DNA of 64,000 nt. It comes from Chloroflexota bacterium. GTDB taxonomy: Bacteria > Chloroflexota > Limnocylindria > P2-11E. The notes under the pieces are model-generated. The model saw nothing but the letters and a program-made list of their open reading frames with translations. It was not told where the DNA came from and searched no databases. The DNA lies in contig JBBPIP010000003.1 in the NCBI GenBank assembly GCA_038040265.1, forward strand, positions 31,573-95,572, read 5' to 3'. The position numbers were made by a program, and so were the translations under genes. Positions 17,706-26,290 of the stretch are shown piece after piece (position 1 is the stretch's first letter; each line of letters begins with the position of its first letter).

Positions 17706-19859
17706 CTACGGGGCGCGCACCGTCACGATCCAGAACACCCCGAAGTCCTCCATCCACTGAGCGCCCTCGATCAGCGGGCGGATCGCGAGGCGATATGTTC
17801 CCGGAAGCGATGGCGCGACGATGGTGAACTCGAACCACGCGACCTGATTCGGTCCGACCCACTCGGCCGGCTGCGCGGCGACGCGATTGTGCCGAGGCCA
17901 TCCCGTGTTCGGAGAGCCGGCGCCACCGTCGCCGCCGAGGGTCGAAGCGCGGTCCTGACCAGGCTCGGGGTTCCAAGTCCCTAGGTAGGCGACCTGACCC
18001 ATCGTGTCCGCGAGCCAGCCGCGGGTTCCGCTGTTGTAGTAGGCGACGACCGCCGTCGAGGTCTGGCCCGGGCAGAGGGTCGAGTACCCACTCTGTCCGT
18101 ACCAAGTTGCATGGAAGCCCGCCATTCCGGAATTGCGGATCGGCGGAGGCGCGATTCCGGGGCCGTCCGTCCGCTGACAGGGCTGGGGTGAGGGCGACGG
18201 TGTCGGCGTGGGCGTCGGGGTCGGGGTCGGTGTTGCCGCGCCGAGCATGCTCACCTGGCCTGCCACCATCGTCGCCTGTCCGAGAACGCCACCGGTCACG
18301 CGCGTGGAGGTAGTCGTGACCCGGTACGTGCCGACCGGAAGATCCACGAAGCCGAACCATCCGGTGCCGTCGCTCGTCGTTATTCGCAGGATCACCCCCG
18401 AGCCTATGTCGACCATCTGCACGACCGCGCCGGTGAGCGGAGTCCCGTCGGTCGCGACCGCCGTCCCGCGCAGGTGCCCGAAGATCGGCTGGGTCTTCCA
18501 CGTCATCGCGGGGATCGGCGGAATGTCGGCGAAGCTCGGCGGCGCGACCGTGTCGTACGCGGACGGCTGCGTCAACGCGTTGATGAGCTCCGCGCGGCCG
18601 GCCGCGCCGCTTCGCGTGCCCGCATCGGTCAGCGCGTCTGGTGTGCGATAGGAATATCCGACCCAACCGATCCCGCTGTTTCCGGACGGGCTCGGAGCGA
18701 CGGCGCGACGGACCTGGCTGACGGTCCCGGCGATGTCGTTCAGATACGGCGCCGACCCGATCGCGACGGAGCGCCGGTACTGGTTGTCCTTCGCGAAGTC
18801 GTTCCACTCGTCGTACATCTGGCGCTGGTTCGCTAGTGACTCACGCTTGTAATTCATGGGAATGGCCGTGTCGACGATCCCCTCGCGAAGCCACCCACGC
18901 CAATCCTGAAGCTGCTCGGCGTACGCGCGCGTGCTCTCCCAGCCGCCGGTGCTCTGCGGCCCGTACCCGTAGGTGATGGTGTCCGCGGAGATGCGCACTC
19001 TCGATTTGATCGCCGTCGATTCGAGATAGATCCGGCGCACGATCGCGGTGATCTGATCGCGCCGCCACTGGGTCCACTGCTGATCGTTGGTCGCTGGTGT
19101 CCCGGTGCGTCCGGTCTCGGTCTGGAAGCGCTCGAGCGCGGTCGGGTTATAGCCCCACGATGGAACGCCGCCGAGGTTGCCGTCGGGGTACCTGATGCGG
19201 TCGAGGTTGATGCCGTCGATGTCGTAGTTCCGCACCAAGGCGGTAGCGGTATTCGCGACCCAGGCTGCGGCGTCGGGGTGCCCCGGATCGAGATACCAGT
19301 CGTCGCCGAGCTTCGAAACACCGTCGGAACGCGGCATGATCCAGTTAGCGCGGCCCGAGGCTGCGGGTCCATGCAGATTGAAGATGTGATTCGGGTCCTT
19401 CGGCGCCGTGGTGCTGTTCCACATCGCCGTCGCGATGATCCACGCGTGCACCTCGACGCCCTGCGTGTGCGCGGTTGTGATGAGGGCATCGAGCGGGTCA
19501 AAACCAGGGGCCACCGACTCGTTGACCGGTAGTCCCGAGCGAAGGCAGAAGCAGTCGCCGCGGCGAACGACCTGGGCCACGATCGCGTTTGCGTGAGCCG
19601 CCTTCGTCGCGCCGACGAGCGCGTCGATCTCGGGCTGGTTGTTGATGCCTTCGCCGAAAGCGTCCGCCCAGAACGCGCGGAACTGGCCGGCCGTCGCCGC
19701 CGACCCGATCGGAGCGATCTCCGCGGGGAAGGTGGCGAACGAGCTAGCGATGTAGAAGAAGACAGCCGCAAGCGTGGTTAGCTTCAGAAGTTTTCCCTTC
19801 CCTACCGCACGTAACGGTTTGCTAACGACAAGTCTTCGGGCCTGCGGAGGTCGAGTCAA
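17706..19859 (-). CDS. secreted GHL10/DUF187 (YngK-like) glycosyl-hydrolase-like protein with a CarboxypepD_reg-like domain and a C-terminal beta-domain
   Basis: 717 aa with an N-terminal anchor. It contains ...FRAFWADAF...VHAWI...DGINLDRIRYP..., then a (TP)n linker, then a ~150-aa domain paralogous to the N-terminus of 34496..35779. Confidence 0.75.
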   Translation of the reverse strand: MTRPPQARRLVVSKPLRAVGKGKLLKLTTLAAVFFYIASSFATFPAEIAPIGSAATAGQFRAFWADAFGEGINNQPEIDALVGATKAAHANAIVAQVVRRGDCFCLRSGLPVNESVAPGFDPLDALITTAHTQGVEVHAWIIATAMWNSTTAPKDPNHIFNLHGPAASGRANWIMPRSDGVSKLGDDWYLDPGHPDAAAWVANTATALVRNYDIDGINLDRIRYPDGNLGGVPSWGYNPTALERFQTETGRTGTPATNDQQWTQWRRDQITAIVRRIYLESTAIKSRVRISADTITYGYGPQSTGGWESTRAYAEQLQDWRGWLREGIVDTAIPMNYKRESLANQRQMYDEWNDFAKDNQYRRSVAIGSAPYLNDIAGTVSQVRRAVAPSPSGNSGIGWVGYSYRTPDALTDAGTRSGAAGRAELINALTQPSAYDTVAPPSFADIPPIPAMTWKTQPIFGHLRGTAVATDGTPLTGAVVQMVDIGSGVILRITTSDGTGWFGFVDLPVGTYRVTTTSTRVTGGVLGQATMVAGQVSMLGAATPTPTPTPTPTPSPSPQPCQRTDGPGIAPPPIRNSGMAGFHATWYGQSGYSTLCPGQTSTAVVAYYNSGTRGWLADTMGQVAYLGTWNPEPGQDRASTLGGDGGAGSPNTGWPRHNRVAAQPAEWVGPNQVAWFEFTIVAPSLPGTYRLAIRPLIEGAQWMEDFGVFWIVTVRAP

Positions 19860-19918
19860 GCGACCGAGCGAGGGATTTTCCTGGGGGACACCCGTACCAG
19901 TAGCCGGTCATTCTTCTC

Positions 19919-19934
19919 AGGACCAATTGGTCCT
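19919..19934. promoter_or_regulatory. perfect 16-bp palindrome AGGACCAATTGGTCCT (5-4-5 dyad)
   Basis: Read directly from the sequence. It is intergenic, about 60 nt from the GHL10 start (minus strand) and 54 nt from the crp-pseudogene GTG. Confidence 0.6.
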
Positions 19935-19987
19935 GCGCTCATTTGACGTCGATACCTAACGCACGCCCGAGCGTATCGTTCCGCGCC

Positions 19988-20513
19988 GTGGACGCCGAAG
20001 CGGTCGCGCGCGTCCTCGCGGGCGCGCCGGTCTTCAGCGCGCTGAGCGAAGCGGAAGAACAGGAACTCGTGAAGCACCTGCGCGCGCGACGCTTCTGACG
20101 CGATGAGGTCGTCTTCCATCGCGACGATCCGGCGGGTCACCTCTTCGTGATCCTTTCGGGGTCGGTGAAGGTCGCGATACCTGACGAGGAAGGGCACGAG
20201 GTGGTGGTGGCTGTGGAGCGGGATGGCGCGGTCTTCGGGGAGCTCGCCCTGTTCGACGACGCACCGCGCTCGGCGACGGTGACCGCGCTCGACGACATCC
20301 ACGTCGTGCCGCTTGCGCGTGAGGACTTCGTTCGCGTTCTCGAGAGAAGTCCACGAGCTCACCCAGGACGATTTGGCGGCCTTCGTCGGCGCCACCCGCG
20401 TTTCGGTAAACCGGGCACTCGCCGATCTCGAGGCCCAGGGCGCTATCACGGTCGGCCGTCGTCACATCGTGGTCAGGGAGCCTGCGCTCCTGCGCAAGCA
20501 GGTCCGCTACTAG
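19988..20513 (+). pseudogene. decayed Crp/Fnr-family regulator (in-frame stop, internal deletion and frameshift)
   Basis: The cNMP-binding domain starts at GTG 19988 and has an in-frame TGA at 20096..20098. The HTH part (LTQDDLAAFVGATRVSVNRAL) lies in another frame (ORF 20313..20513). About 45 residues are missing compared with the intact neighbour. Confidence 0.65.
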
Positions 20514-20535
20514 GGACTCCTAGACTCTCTCGTTC

Positions 20536-21213
20536 GTGAAGGTCGAAGAGCTTCGCAGGATCGCGGGGACGCTCGCCGACGTGCTTCCGATTCACATCTT
20601 GTCCGAGACCGATCGCCAGGAGCTCGCGAGCCACATGACGCTTCGCAAGTTCAAGCAGGACGAGGTTGTGTACCACCAGGGTGACCCAGCGGCGCACTGG
20701 TTCGTTGTCTTCGAGGGGTTGGTCAAGGTGCTGCTTCTCGATGAGAACGGTCGCGAGCTGCTCATCTCGCTGCACTCACGCGGCGAGTTCTTTGGTGAGC
20801 TGGTCATCTTCGAGGACAAGGTCCCGCGCGACGGCACCGCCGTCTGCGTCATTCCGACGAGCGTTTTTCAGATCGATCGGGATGGATCGCTCGCCGTTCT
20901 CCGGCGCAACGAGGAGACCCGCAAGCACATGTTCGAGCGTCTGTCTCGCAACATCCGCAAGCTGGAGGGGCGGGTCGAGGACTTCGCCTTCCTGGACGTG
21001 ACCAGCCGCCTCGCGAAGTACCTCGTCGAGGTGGGACGTCTCGGTGGCTCGCTGCCGCTGACACAGGACGACCTCGCGTCCGCCGTCGGTTCGACCCGAA
21101 TGACGGTGAACAAGCTGCTGGCCGACTTCGAGCGGCGCGGGATGATCAATGTCGAGCGACGCAATGTCCGCGTCCTCGACGAAAAGTCGCTCCTCCGGGA
21201 GATCCGCGTCTAG
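20536..21213 (+). CDS. Crp/Fnr family transcriptional regulator
   Basis: 225 aa with a cNMP-binding domain (FFGELVIF), a dimerisation helix and the HTH LTQDDLASAVGSTRMTVNKLLADFERRG. Confidence 0.85.
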   Translation: MKVEELRRIAGTLADVLPIHILSETDRQELASHMTLRKFKQDEVVYHQGDPAAHWFVVFEGLVKVLLLDENGRELLISLHSRGEFFGELVIFEDKVPRDGTAVCVIPTSVFQIDRDGSLAVLRRNEETRKHMFERLSRNIRKLEGRVEDFAFLDVTSRLAKYLVEVGRLGGSLPLTQDDLASAVGSTRMTVNKLLADFERRGMINVERRNVRVLDEKSLLREIRV

Positions 21214-21875
21214 AAGAGGTTCGTCAGCCAGCGCATGCGCTTGCGCGCGGGCTCAGGCGGACGTTCGGTCGGCTCGAGCTTCGCGAGGTCGTCGTGCAGT
21301 GCGACCGCGAGCATCCGGGTCGCCTCTTTCGTCGGCGCGTCGCGTGGAACGACGCGTGGCGTCCCCGCGATGGTCGCGAGCTCCTTTCGCAGGTACAGCT
21401 CCGCGGTTCCGCTGAGCCACACCGGGAGAGTCGGAGCTCCGGAGCGCAGGGCGAGGTACCCGACGCCGCGCGCGAACGGTCCAAGCGACGACTCGACGCG
21501 AGAGACGCGACCCTCCGCGAACACGACGACGACGTCACCGCGCTCGAGAGCCTTGAGCGCGGCGCCGATCGCGGCGCGGTCCGCCGTCTTCGAGGTTCGC
21601 TCGATCGTGATCACCATGCCCACGGCGCGCAGGACGGCCCGCCACCACCACACCTTGCCCGTTCCCTCGCGATCGCCGAGGAGGCGCACCTCGGCGGTGA
21701 GAGGGAAGGACGCCGCGAGGAGAAAGCCGTCGGCCCAGCCCTGATGGTTCGCGACGACGAGCAGCGGGCCGCGTGCCGGGAGAGACCCGTAGTGACGGAC
21801 GCGGAAGAGCGCGGCAAAGATTCCGCGCACGATGAGACGTGCGACCCGCGAGCGCACGCGGTAAGCCTGAGCCAT
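21210..21875 (-). CDS. lysophospholipid (1-acyl-sn-glycerol-3-phosphate) acyltransferase, PlsC family
   Basis: It has NHQGWADG (HX4D) and the FAEGRVS motif. Confidence 0.8.
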   Translation of the reverse strand: MAQAYRVRSRVARLIVRGIFAALFRVRHYGSLPARGPLLVVANHQGWADGFLLAASFPLTAEVRLLGDREGTGKVWWWRAVLRAVGMVITIERTSKTADRAAIGAALKALERGDVVVVFAEGRVSRVESSLGPFARGVGYLALRSGAPTLPVWLSGTAELYLRKELATIAGTPRVVPRDAPTKEATRMLAVALHDDLAKLEPTERPPEPARKRMRWLTNLF

Positions 21876-21890
21876 CCGCGCAAGCGGTGT

Positions 21891-22778
21891 CTAGGTCGCG
21901 ATCGCCTTCGGCAGTGACTGGCGGCGACGCCAGAAATCAGCCCAGGGATCGGTTTGCGCCAGGCGGCGGTCGAATGTGCGGATGTTGAACTTCGCCGGAT
22001 CGAGGCGCGGCGAGACCTCGTCCCACGAGAGAGGCGTCGACACCGGCGCCCGCGGGCGGCGGCGCACGCTGTACGGCGGCACGATCGTCTGGCCGTAGCC
22101 GTTCCGCATCGCGTCGGCGAAGACTTTTGCGCCGCGTTTCGCTTTCGAGAACTCGACGGTGACGAGTGCGGGCTCGCGCTCCGCGAGCTCCTGCCCGAGG
22201 GAGACCGCAACGGCGACGGCCTTCTGCGGCGTGACGCCTGCGCGGAGCGGACAGAACACGTGAAGACCACGACTTCCCGATGTCTTCGGGTACGAGATGA
22301 GCCCGACCTCGTCGAGAACCTTTCGCAGGGCCAGTCCGGCCCGCGCGGCATCGGCGAACGTGCCCGTCTGCGGGTCCATGTCGAACGCGAGCCAGTCAAC
22401 CTGGTCCATCTGCGAAGCACGCGCGCTCATCACGTGGATCGCGATGCAGCCGAGGTTGACCATGCCGATAAGCGTGGCGCGCTCGCCGCCGACGATGTAG
22501 CGCACGTCCTTGCCTGTGCTCGCGGCCCTCACGACCATTCGCCGTCCCGCCGGTTGCCAATGTTCGGGGAAGTCCTTGCGATAGAAGCAACCACCGAGCA
22601 TGCCGTCGGGGCAGCGCTCGGCGGTAAGCGGCCGATCGCGCATCCACGGCGAGACATGCGACCAGATGCCGTCGTAGAAGCGCGCGATGTCCGACTTCGT
22701 GATCCCCTCGTCCGGCCACCACACCTTGTCGGGGTTGCTGATCGCGACGCCCGCGATCTTTACGGGCTCAGCGCTCAC
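21891..22778 (-). CDS. LigD-type polymerase/primase domain protein (stand-alone)
   Basis: GTG 22778 lies inside ORF 21891..23252. The sequence reads ...ISNPDKVWWPDEGITK...TSGSRGLHVF... Confidence 0.85.
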   Translation of the reverse strand: MSAEPVKIAGVAISNPDKVWWPDEGITKSDIARFYDGIWSHVSPWMRDRPLTAERCPDGMLGGCFYRKDFPEHWQPAGRRMVVRAASTGKDVRYIVGGERATLIGMVNLGCIAIHVMSARASQMDQVDWLAFDMDPQTGTFADAARAGLALRKVLDEVGLISYPKTSGSRGLHVFCPLRAGVTPQKAVAVAVSLGQELAEREPALVTVEFSKAKRGAKVFADAMRNGYGQTIVPPYSVRRRPRAPVSTPLSWDEVSPRLDPAKFNIRTFDRRLAQTDPWADFWRRRQSLPKAIAT

Positions 22779-23691
22779 GAGCGCTCCACGTGCACTCGGA
22801 CGGGTCCTTGTCGCTCCGAAGCCCGAGGAATGCCGGCTGACGAAGCTTCCCGTCCGCGGTCCACTCCGCGTAGACGAGCTGAGCCACGAGCTTCGGCCGT
22901 ACCCATGTCGCGTCACGGATCGGCGCCGGCGGATCGAAGGGGGCCTTGTCAGTCCGGAGCCGCTCGAGCTTTTGCGAGAGCATGTCGAGCGTCTCCTCCG
23001 TGAAGCCGGTGCCGACCTTCCCGACGAATCGAAGCCTCGGTCCGTCGTAGAGGCCGACGAGCAGCGCGCCAAGGTGCCGGCGCCCACCTTTTGGCGGCGT
23101 GTACCCGCCGATGACGAACTCGGACTCCTTGCGCACCTTGACCTTGCGCCAGTACCGCGAGCGCACACCAGGTTCATACGGCGATGTCTCGTCCTTAGCG
23201 ATGATCCCTTCCCAACCGAGTCGCTTCGCCTCTCGGTACGCGGCTTTGCCATCGCGAACCATGCGGCGGGAAATGAAGATCGGATCGGTACGACGCCCGA
23301 CGATCCCCTCGAGCGATGCCCTGCGTTCGAGGAGCGGGCGCTTCAGAAGCGATCGCCCGTCGAAGACGAGGACGTCGAACACGGCGTAGCGCGTTCCCGC
23401 GCCGGCGGCCCCGCGCCGTTGCAGGAGCTGGAAGCGCGAGACGCCCTTCGCATCCAGCGCGACGAGCTCGCCATCGATCACGAGGTCGCCGCCGGCGAGC
23501 GAGCCGACCGCCTCGACGACGCGGGGGAATCCCGCGGTGAGGTCCTGCAGCGTGCGCGACCAGATCTTCACGCGGCCTCGCTCGCGGCCAGCGACCGCGC
23601 GGATGCCGTCGTACTTCTCTTCGAAGACCCACTCCGGCCCTTCGACGATGCTCGGCGAAAGCGTCGCGAGCATCGGGCGGATCTGCTTCAC
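22768..23691 (-). CDS. ATP-dependent DNA ligase (LigD ligase domain, stand-alone)
   Basis: It carries the EEKYDGIR adenylation motif and an OB-fold C-terminus. It overlaps both neighbouring genes. Confidence 0.9.
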   Translation of the reverse strand: MKQIRPMLATLSPSIVEGPEWVFEEKYDGIRAVAGRERGRVKIWSRTLQDLTAGFPRVVEAVGSLAGGDLVIDGELVALDAKGVSRFQLLQRRGAAGAGTRYAVFDVLVFDGRSLLKRPLLERRASLEGIVGRRTDPIFISRRMVRDGKAAYREAKRLGWEGIIAKDETSPYEPGVRSRYWRKVKVRKESEFVIGGYTPPKGGRRHLGALLVGLYDGPRLRFVGKVGTGFTEETLDMLSQKLERLRTDKAPFDPPAPIRDATWVRPKLVAQLVYAEWTADGKLRQPAFLGLRSDKDPSECTWSARER

Positions 23692-24347
23692 GGCGGATCA
23701 CCCGTCGCCGCCTTCGCCACGTCACCACCTTCGTCGCGCGCGATGCCGGCAAGGAGCCTGCGCGTCAGGACCGAGCGTGGCTTCGCCGTCGTAATGTCCA
23801 CGCTCGACGCGTAGCGGTCCTTCCGTTTCATCAGGAGCCACTGGCGGCCACGCGTGCACACGAGAACCCATCCGCCCTCGAGCTTCTTGCCGTTGAGCGT
23901 GAATACGATGCGGCCCTTGCGCATGGCTTCGTCGAAGGTCTCGTCCTCTTCGAGCCGATACGTCCCGATGTCCCAGACCATCACGGTCCCGCCGCCGTAC
24001 TCGCCCTCCGGGATCGCGCCCTCGAAGCGCGCGTAGTCCAGCGGATGATCCTCGACCTGCATCGCTAGACGCTTCACCTTCGGGTCGAGCGAGGGACCCT
24101 TCGGCACCGCCCACGAGACGAGGACTCCACCCGCCTCGAGACGGAAGTCGTAGTGCAGCGCGCTGGCGCGGTGCTTCTGAACGACAAAGAGCCGCTCGAC
24201 GCCCTTCCGCTTGCCACCCTGCGGCTCGGGCGTTGTCGCGAAGTCGCGCTTGCGCTTGTAGTCGCGGAGCGAGCGCGCACGCTCCTTTGTCGTCGGAATC
24301 GGTCGTGCTCCCTTCAGCTGTCTAGCGCTCCTTTGTGGCACGAACAA
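23688..24347 (-). CDS. LigD 3'-phosphoesterase domain protein (stand-alone)
   Basis: Sequence reads LRDYKRKRDFATTPEP...FVVQKHRASALHYDFRLE. The start codon is uncertain (TTG 24347 in the track). Confidence 0.8.
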   Translation of the reverse strand: MFVPQRSARQLKGARPIPTTKERARSLRDYKRKRDFATTPEPQGGKRKGVERLFVVQKHRASALHYDFRLEAGGVLVSWAVPKGPSLDPKVKRLAMQVEDHPLDYARFEGAIPEGEYGGGTVMVWDIGTYRLEEDETFDEAMRKGRIVFTLNGKKLEGGWVLVCTRGRQWLLMKRKDRYASSVDITTAKPRSVLTRRLLAGIARDEGGDVAKAATGDPP

Positions 24348-24442
24348 GACCGACTCGTTGCGCGGTGCTTGCGCCCCTCGCTGCGCTCGGACGGGAGCGC
24401 AAGAGCTCGGCGATGTCGCGGTTGGTGAGCTTCGAGGAGTGC

Positions 24443-24730
24443 CTAGTCCGCGTGGAGGAGGGTGCGCATCCTGCCGCCCGGCGAGGGCCGGACGTGGATC
24501 AGCGTGCTCTCATCGGTCCGATAGGCCCCAGGATCGATGTCCGGGCCGCTTTCAACGAGGAACTCGATCGGGACGCCGCCGGTCGCGACCCAGCGGTGCG
24601 CCGCGTCGACGTGAAGTCCGTCGCAATAGCCGACCGTGCCGTGATGGATCACGAGGCCGCCGTTGCCCCGCCGCGAGCCGGCCCGGAGGTGATCGAGGTT
24701 GCGGCATTCGTAATGGACGATGGTCGACAT
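24443..24730 (-). CDS. small Cys/His protein, paralogue 1 of 3
   Basis: ATG 24730 is preceded by GGGGAGGG. Sequence is MSTIVHYECRNLDHLRAGSRRGNGGLVIHHGTVGYCDGLHVDAAHRWVATGGVPIEFL... Confidence 0.5.
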   Translation of the reverse strand: MSTIVHYECRNLDHLRAGSRRGNGGLVIHHGTVGYCDGLHVDAAHRWVATGGVPIEFLVESGPDIDPGAYRTDESTLIHVRPSPGGRMRTLLHAD

Positions 24731-24887
24731 ACGAGCCCTCCCCAGAGCAGTCAGCGCAAGTTTTGTCACGGCCCGGTAACGAAGTCAATGCATAGCTGTC
24801 ATCAGAACCTCGCTCGTCTGTGTGCTCGCCGGTCGGAAGAGCGAGCGGAGAAATCGGTTGGTCACCGGTCTGCTGAGAACGCTCGTC

Positions 24888-25958
24888 ATGAGCGACGAAA
24901 TCGCGAGCGACGGCGTCGCGTCCGCGCAACTAGCGGGCTTGCGCTACGCGACCGAAGAGCAGCCCGGCATACGACGCCGCCGGAAGGGCCGCGGTCTTGC
25001 GTACGTCGACCGCGACGGCGTACCGGTAAGGGACGATGGCGAGCTTCGCCGCATACGGCATCTCGCGATACCGCCGGCGTGGACCGGCGTTTGGATCTCA
25101 CCGAGCCCGCTCGGCCACATTCAGGCAACGGGCCGCGACGCCCGCGGCCGCAAGCAATACCGCTATCACGAGCGATGGCGCGAGGTGCGAGACGAGGCCA
25201 AGTATGGGCGCCTCCGTGATTTCGCCAAGGCGCTGCCGCGTTTGCGTGAGCGTGTGGATGAGGACCTCGGGCGGCAGGGGATACCGCGGGAGCGCGTTCT
25301 TGCGACCGCGATCCGCATCCTCGAGGAGACGTTCATGCGCGTCGGCAATGTCGAGTACGCGCGCGCGAACGGGTCATTCGGGCTCACGACCCTCCGCTCC
25401 AAGCACGTGAATGTCGAAGGCTCGCGGATCATGTTTCGCTTCCGCGGCAAGAGCGGCAAGGATCATGAAGTCGACTTTCGCGACCGGCGGCTGGCGCGCG
25501 TGATCACGCGGCTCGAGCAGCTTCCCGGGCAAGAGCTCTTCCGATATCTCGATGACCACGACGAGCTCCGAACGATCGGCTCAGAAGATGTGAACGCCTA
25601 CCTGCGTGAAATTTCCGGCGAGGACGTCACAGCGAAAGACTTCCGCACCTGGGCCGGCACAGTGCTGGCGGCGCGCGCCCTCGCCGGACTGGGTGCCGCG
25701 CGGAACGAGCGCATCGCGCGCGAGCGCGTCCTGCAGGCCATCGACGTGGTGTCGGCGCGACTCGGGAATACGCGCGCGGTATGCCGCAAGTGTTACGTGC
25801 ATCCCGGCGTCCTCGACGCATATGCGGCGGGCGACCTTCCGGCCGCGCTTCGTCGTCCCGAGAGGACGCGCAAGGGCGGTGGACTTTCCTCGCATGAAGC
25901 CGCCGTCGCCGCGATGCTCACGCGCGCCACGAGACGGGCGGCACGGCGCGCCGCCTGA
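24888..25958 (+). CDS. DNA topoisomerase IB (bacterial poxvirus-like type)
   Basis: ATG 24888 (MSDEIAS). It contains ...IPPAWTGVWISP...RGRKQYRYH...FRFRGKSGK...RKCYVHP, which places a catalytic Tyr near the C-terminus. Confidence 0.85.
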   Translation: MSDEIASDGVASAQLAGLRYATEEQPGIRRRRKGRGLAYVDRDGVPVRDDGELRRIRHLAIPPAWTGVWISPSPLGHIQATGRDARGRKQYRYHERWREVRDEAKYGRLRDFAKALPRLRERVDEDLGRQGIPRERVLATAIRILEETFMRVGNVEYARANGSFGLTTLRSKHVNVEGSRIMFRFRGKSGKDHEVDFRDRRLARVITRLEQLPGQELFRYLDDHDELRTIGSEDVNAYLREISGEDVTAKDFRTWAGTVLAARALAGLGAARNERIARERVLQAIDVVSARLGNTRAVCRKCYVHPGVLDAYAAGDLPAALRRPERTRKGGGLSSHEAAVAAMLTRATRRAARRAA

Positions 25959-25963
25959 CGGCG

Positions 25964-26251
25964 CTAAGCCGCGATAGCCGGAAAGAGCTCTGACGGGGGA
26001 CGCGCAGCGTGGGCCAGGAGATCGTGGCAATCGAGTACGTCGTCGGCCGTGATCGGGTCGACCTCGACAGGCGGCGCGCCGAAATCGAGGATCGCTACCC
26101 CATCCTGTCCGCACTGGCGACAGCGCAGCCTGACGATGAGACGCGAAGGCTCGGTCACGACGGCCGCGATGTCCCCACCGTGGTAGTACTCGTCGCACCC
26201 ACTGCACGTCACCTGTTCCAGATGACGGATCAGTTGGTCGATCCAACTCAT
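25964..26251 (-). CDS. hypothetical zinc-ribbon protein
   Basis: Sequence is MSWIDQLIRHLEQVTCSGCDEYYHGG...RLRCRQCGQDG, with CxxC...CxxC. Confidence 0.4.
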   Translation of the reverse strand: MSWIDQLIRHLEQVTCSGCDEYYHGGDIAAVVTEPSRLIVRLRCRQCGQDGVAILDFGAPPVEVDPITADDVLDCHDLLAHAARPPSELFPAIAA

Positions 26252-26290
26252 GCTCCCGGAATACGCACTTCTCGTGCCTCTCACTCGCGG

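Noticed and set aside
18195-18235. Short tandem ggtgtcggc/ggggtcggg repeats (and the ccgac-rich stretch at about 17215..17345) considered as microsatellites
   Set aside because: They encode (Thr-Pro)n / Pro-Thr-Ala linkers inside the secreted proteins. They are low-complexity coding sequence, not independent repeat elements.
17533-18807. 424-aa alternate-frame ORF inside the GHL10 gene, and the similar 18854..19771 ORF
   Set aside because: The composition is dominated by R, G, P and S. The 717-aa frame has recognisable domains and a paralogous domain elsewhere in the window.
20096-20098. In-frame TGA in the upstream crp copy considered as selenocysteine or programmed readthrough
   Set aside because: The same gene also has a large internal deletion and a frameshift. 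No SECIS-like hairpin follows the codon. A Crp regulator has no reason to carry Sec.
24335-25219. 294-aa plus-strand ORF covering the gap between the LigD-PE and TopIB genes
   Set aside because: It is Arg/Pro/Ala-rich. It overlaps the better-supported small Cys/His gene (minus strand) and the true TopIB frame.
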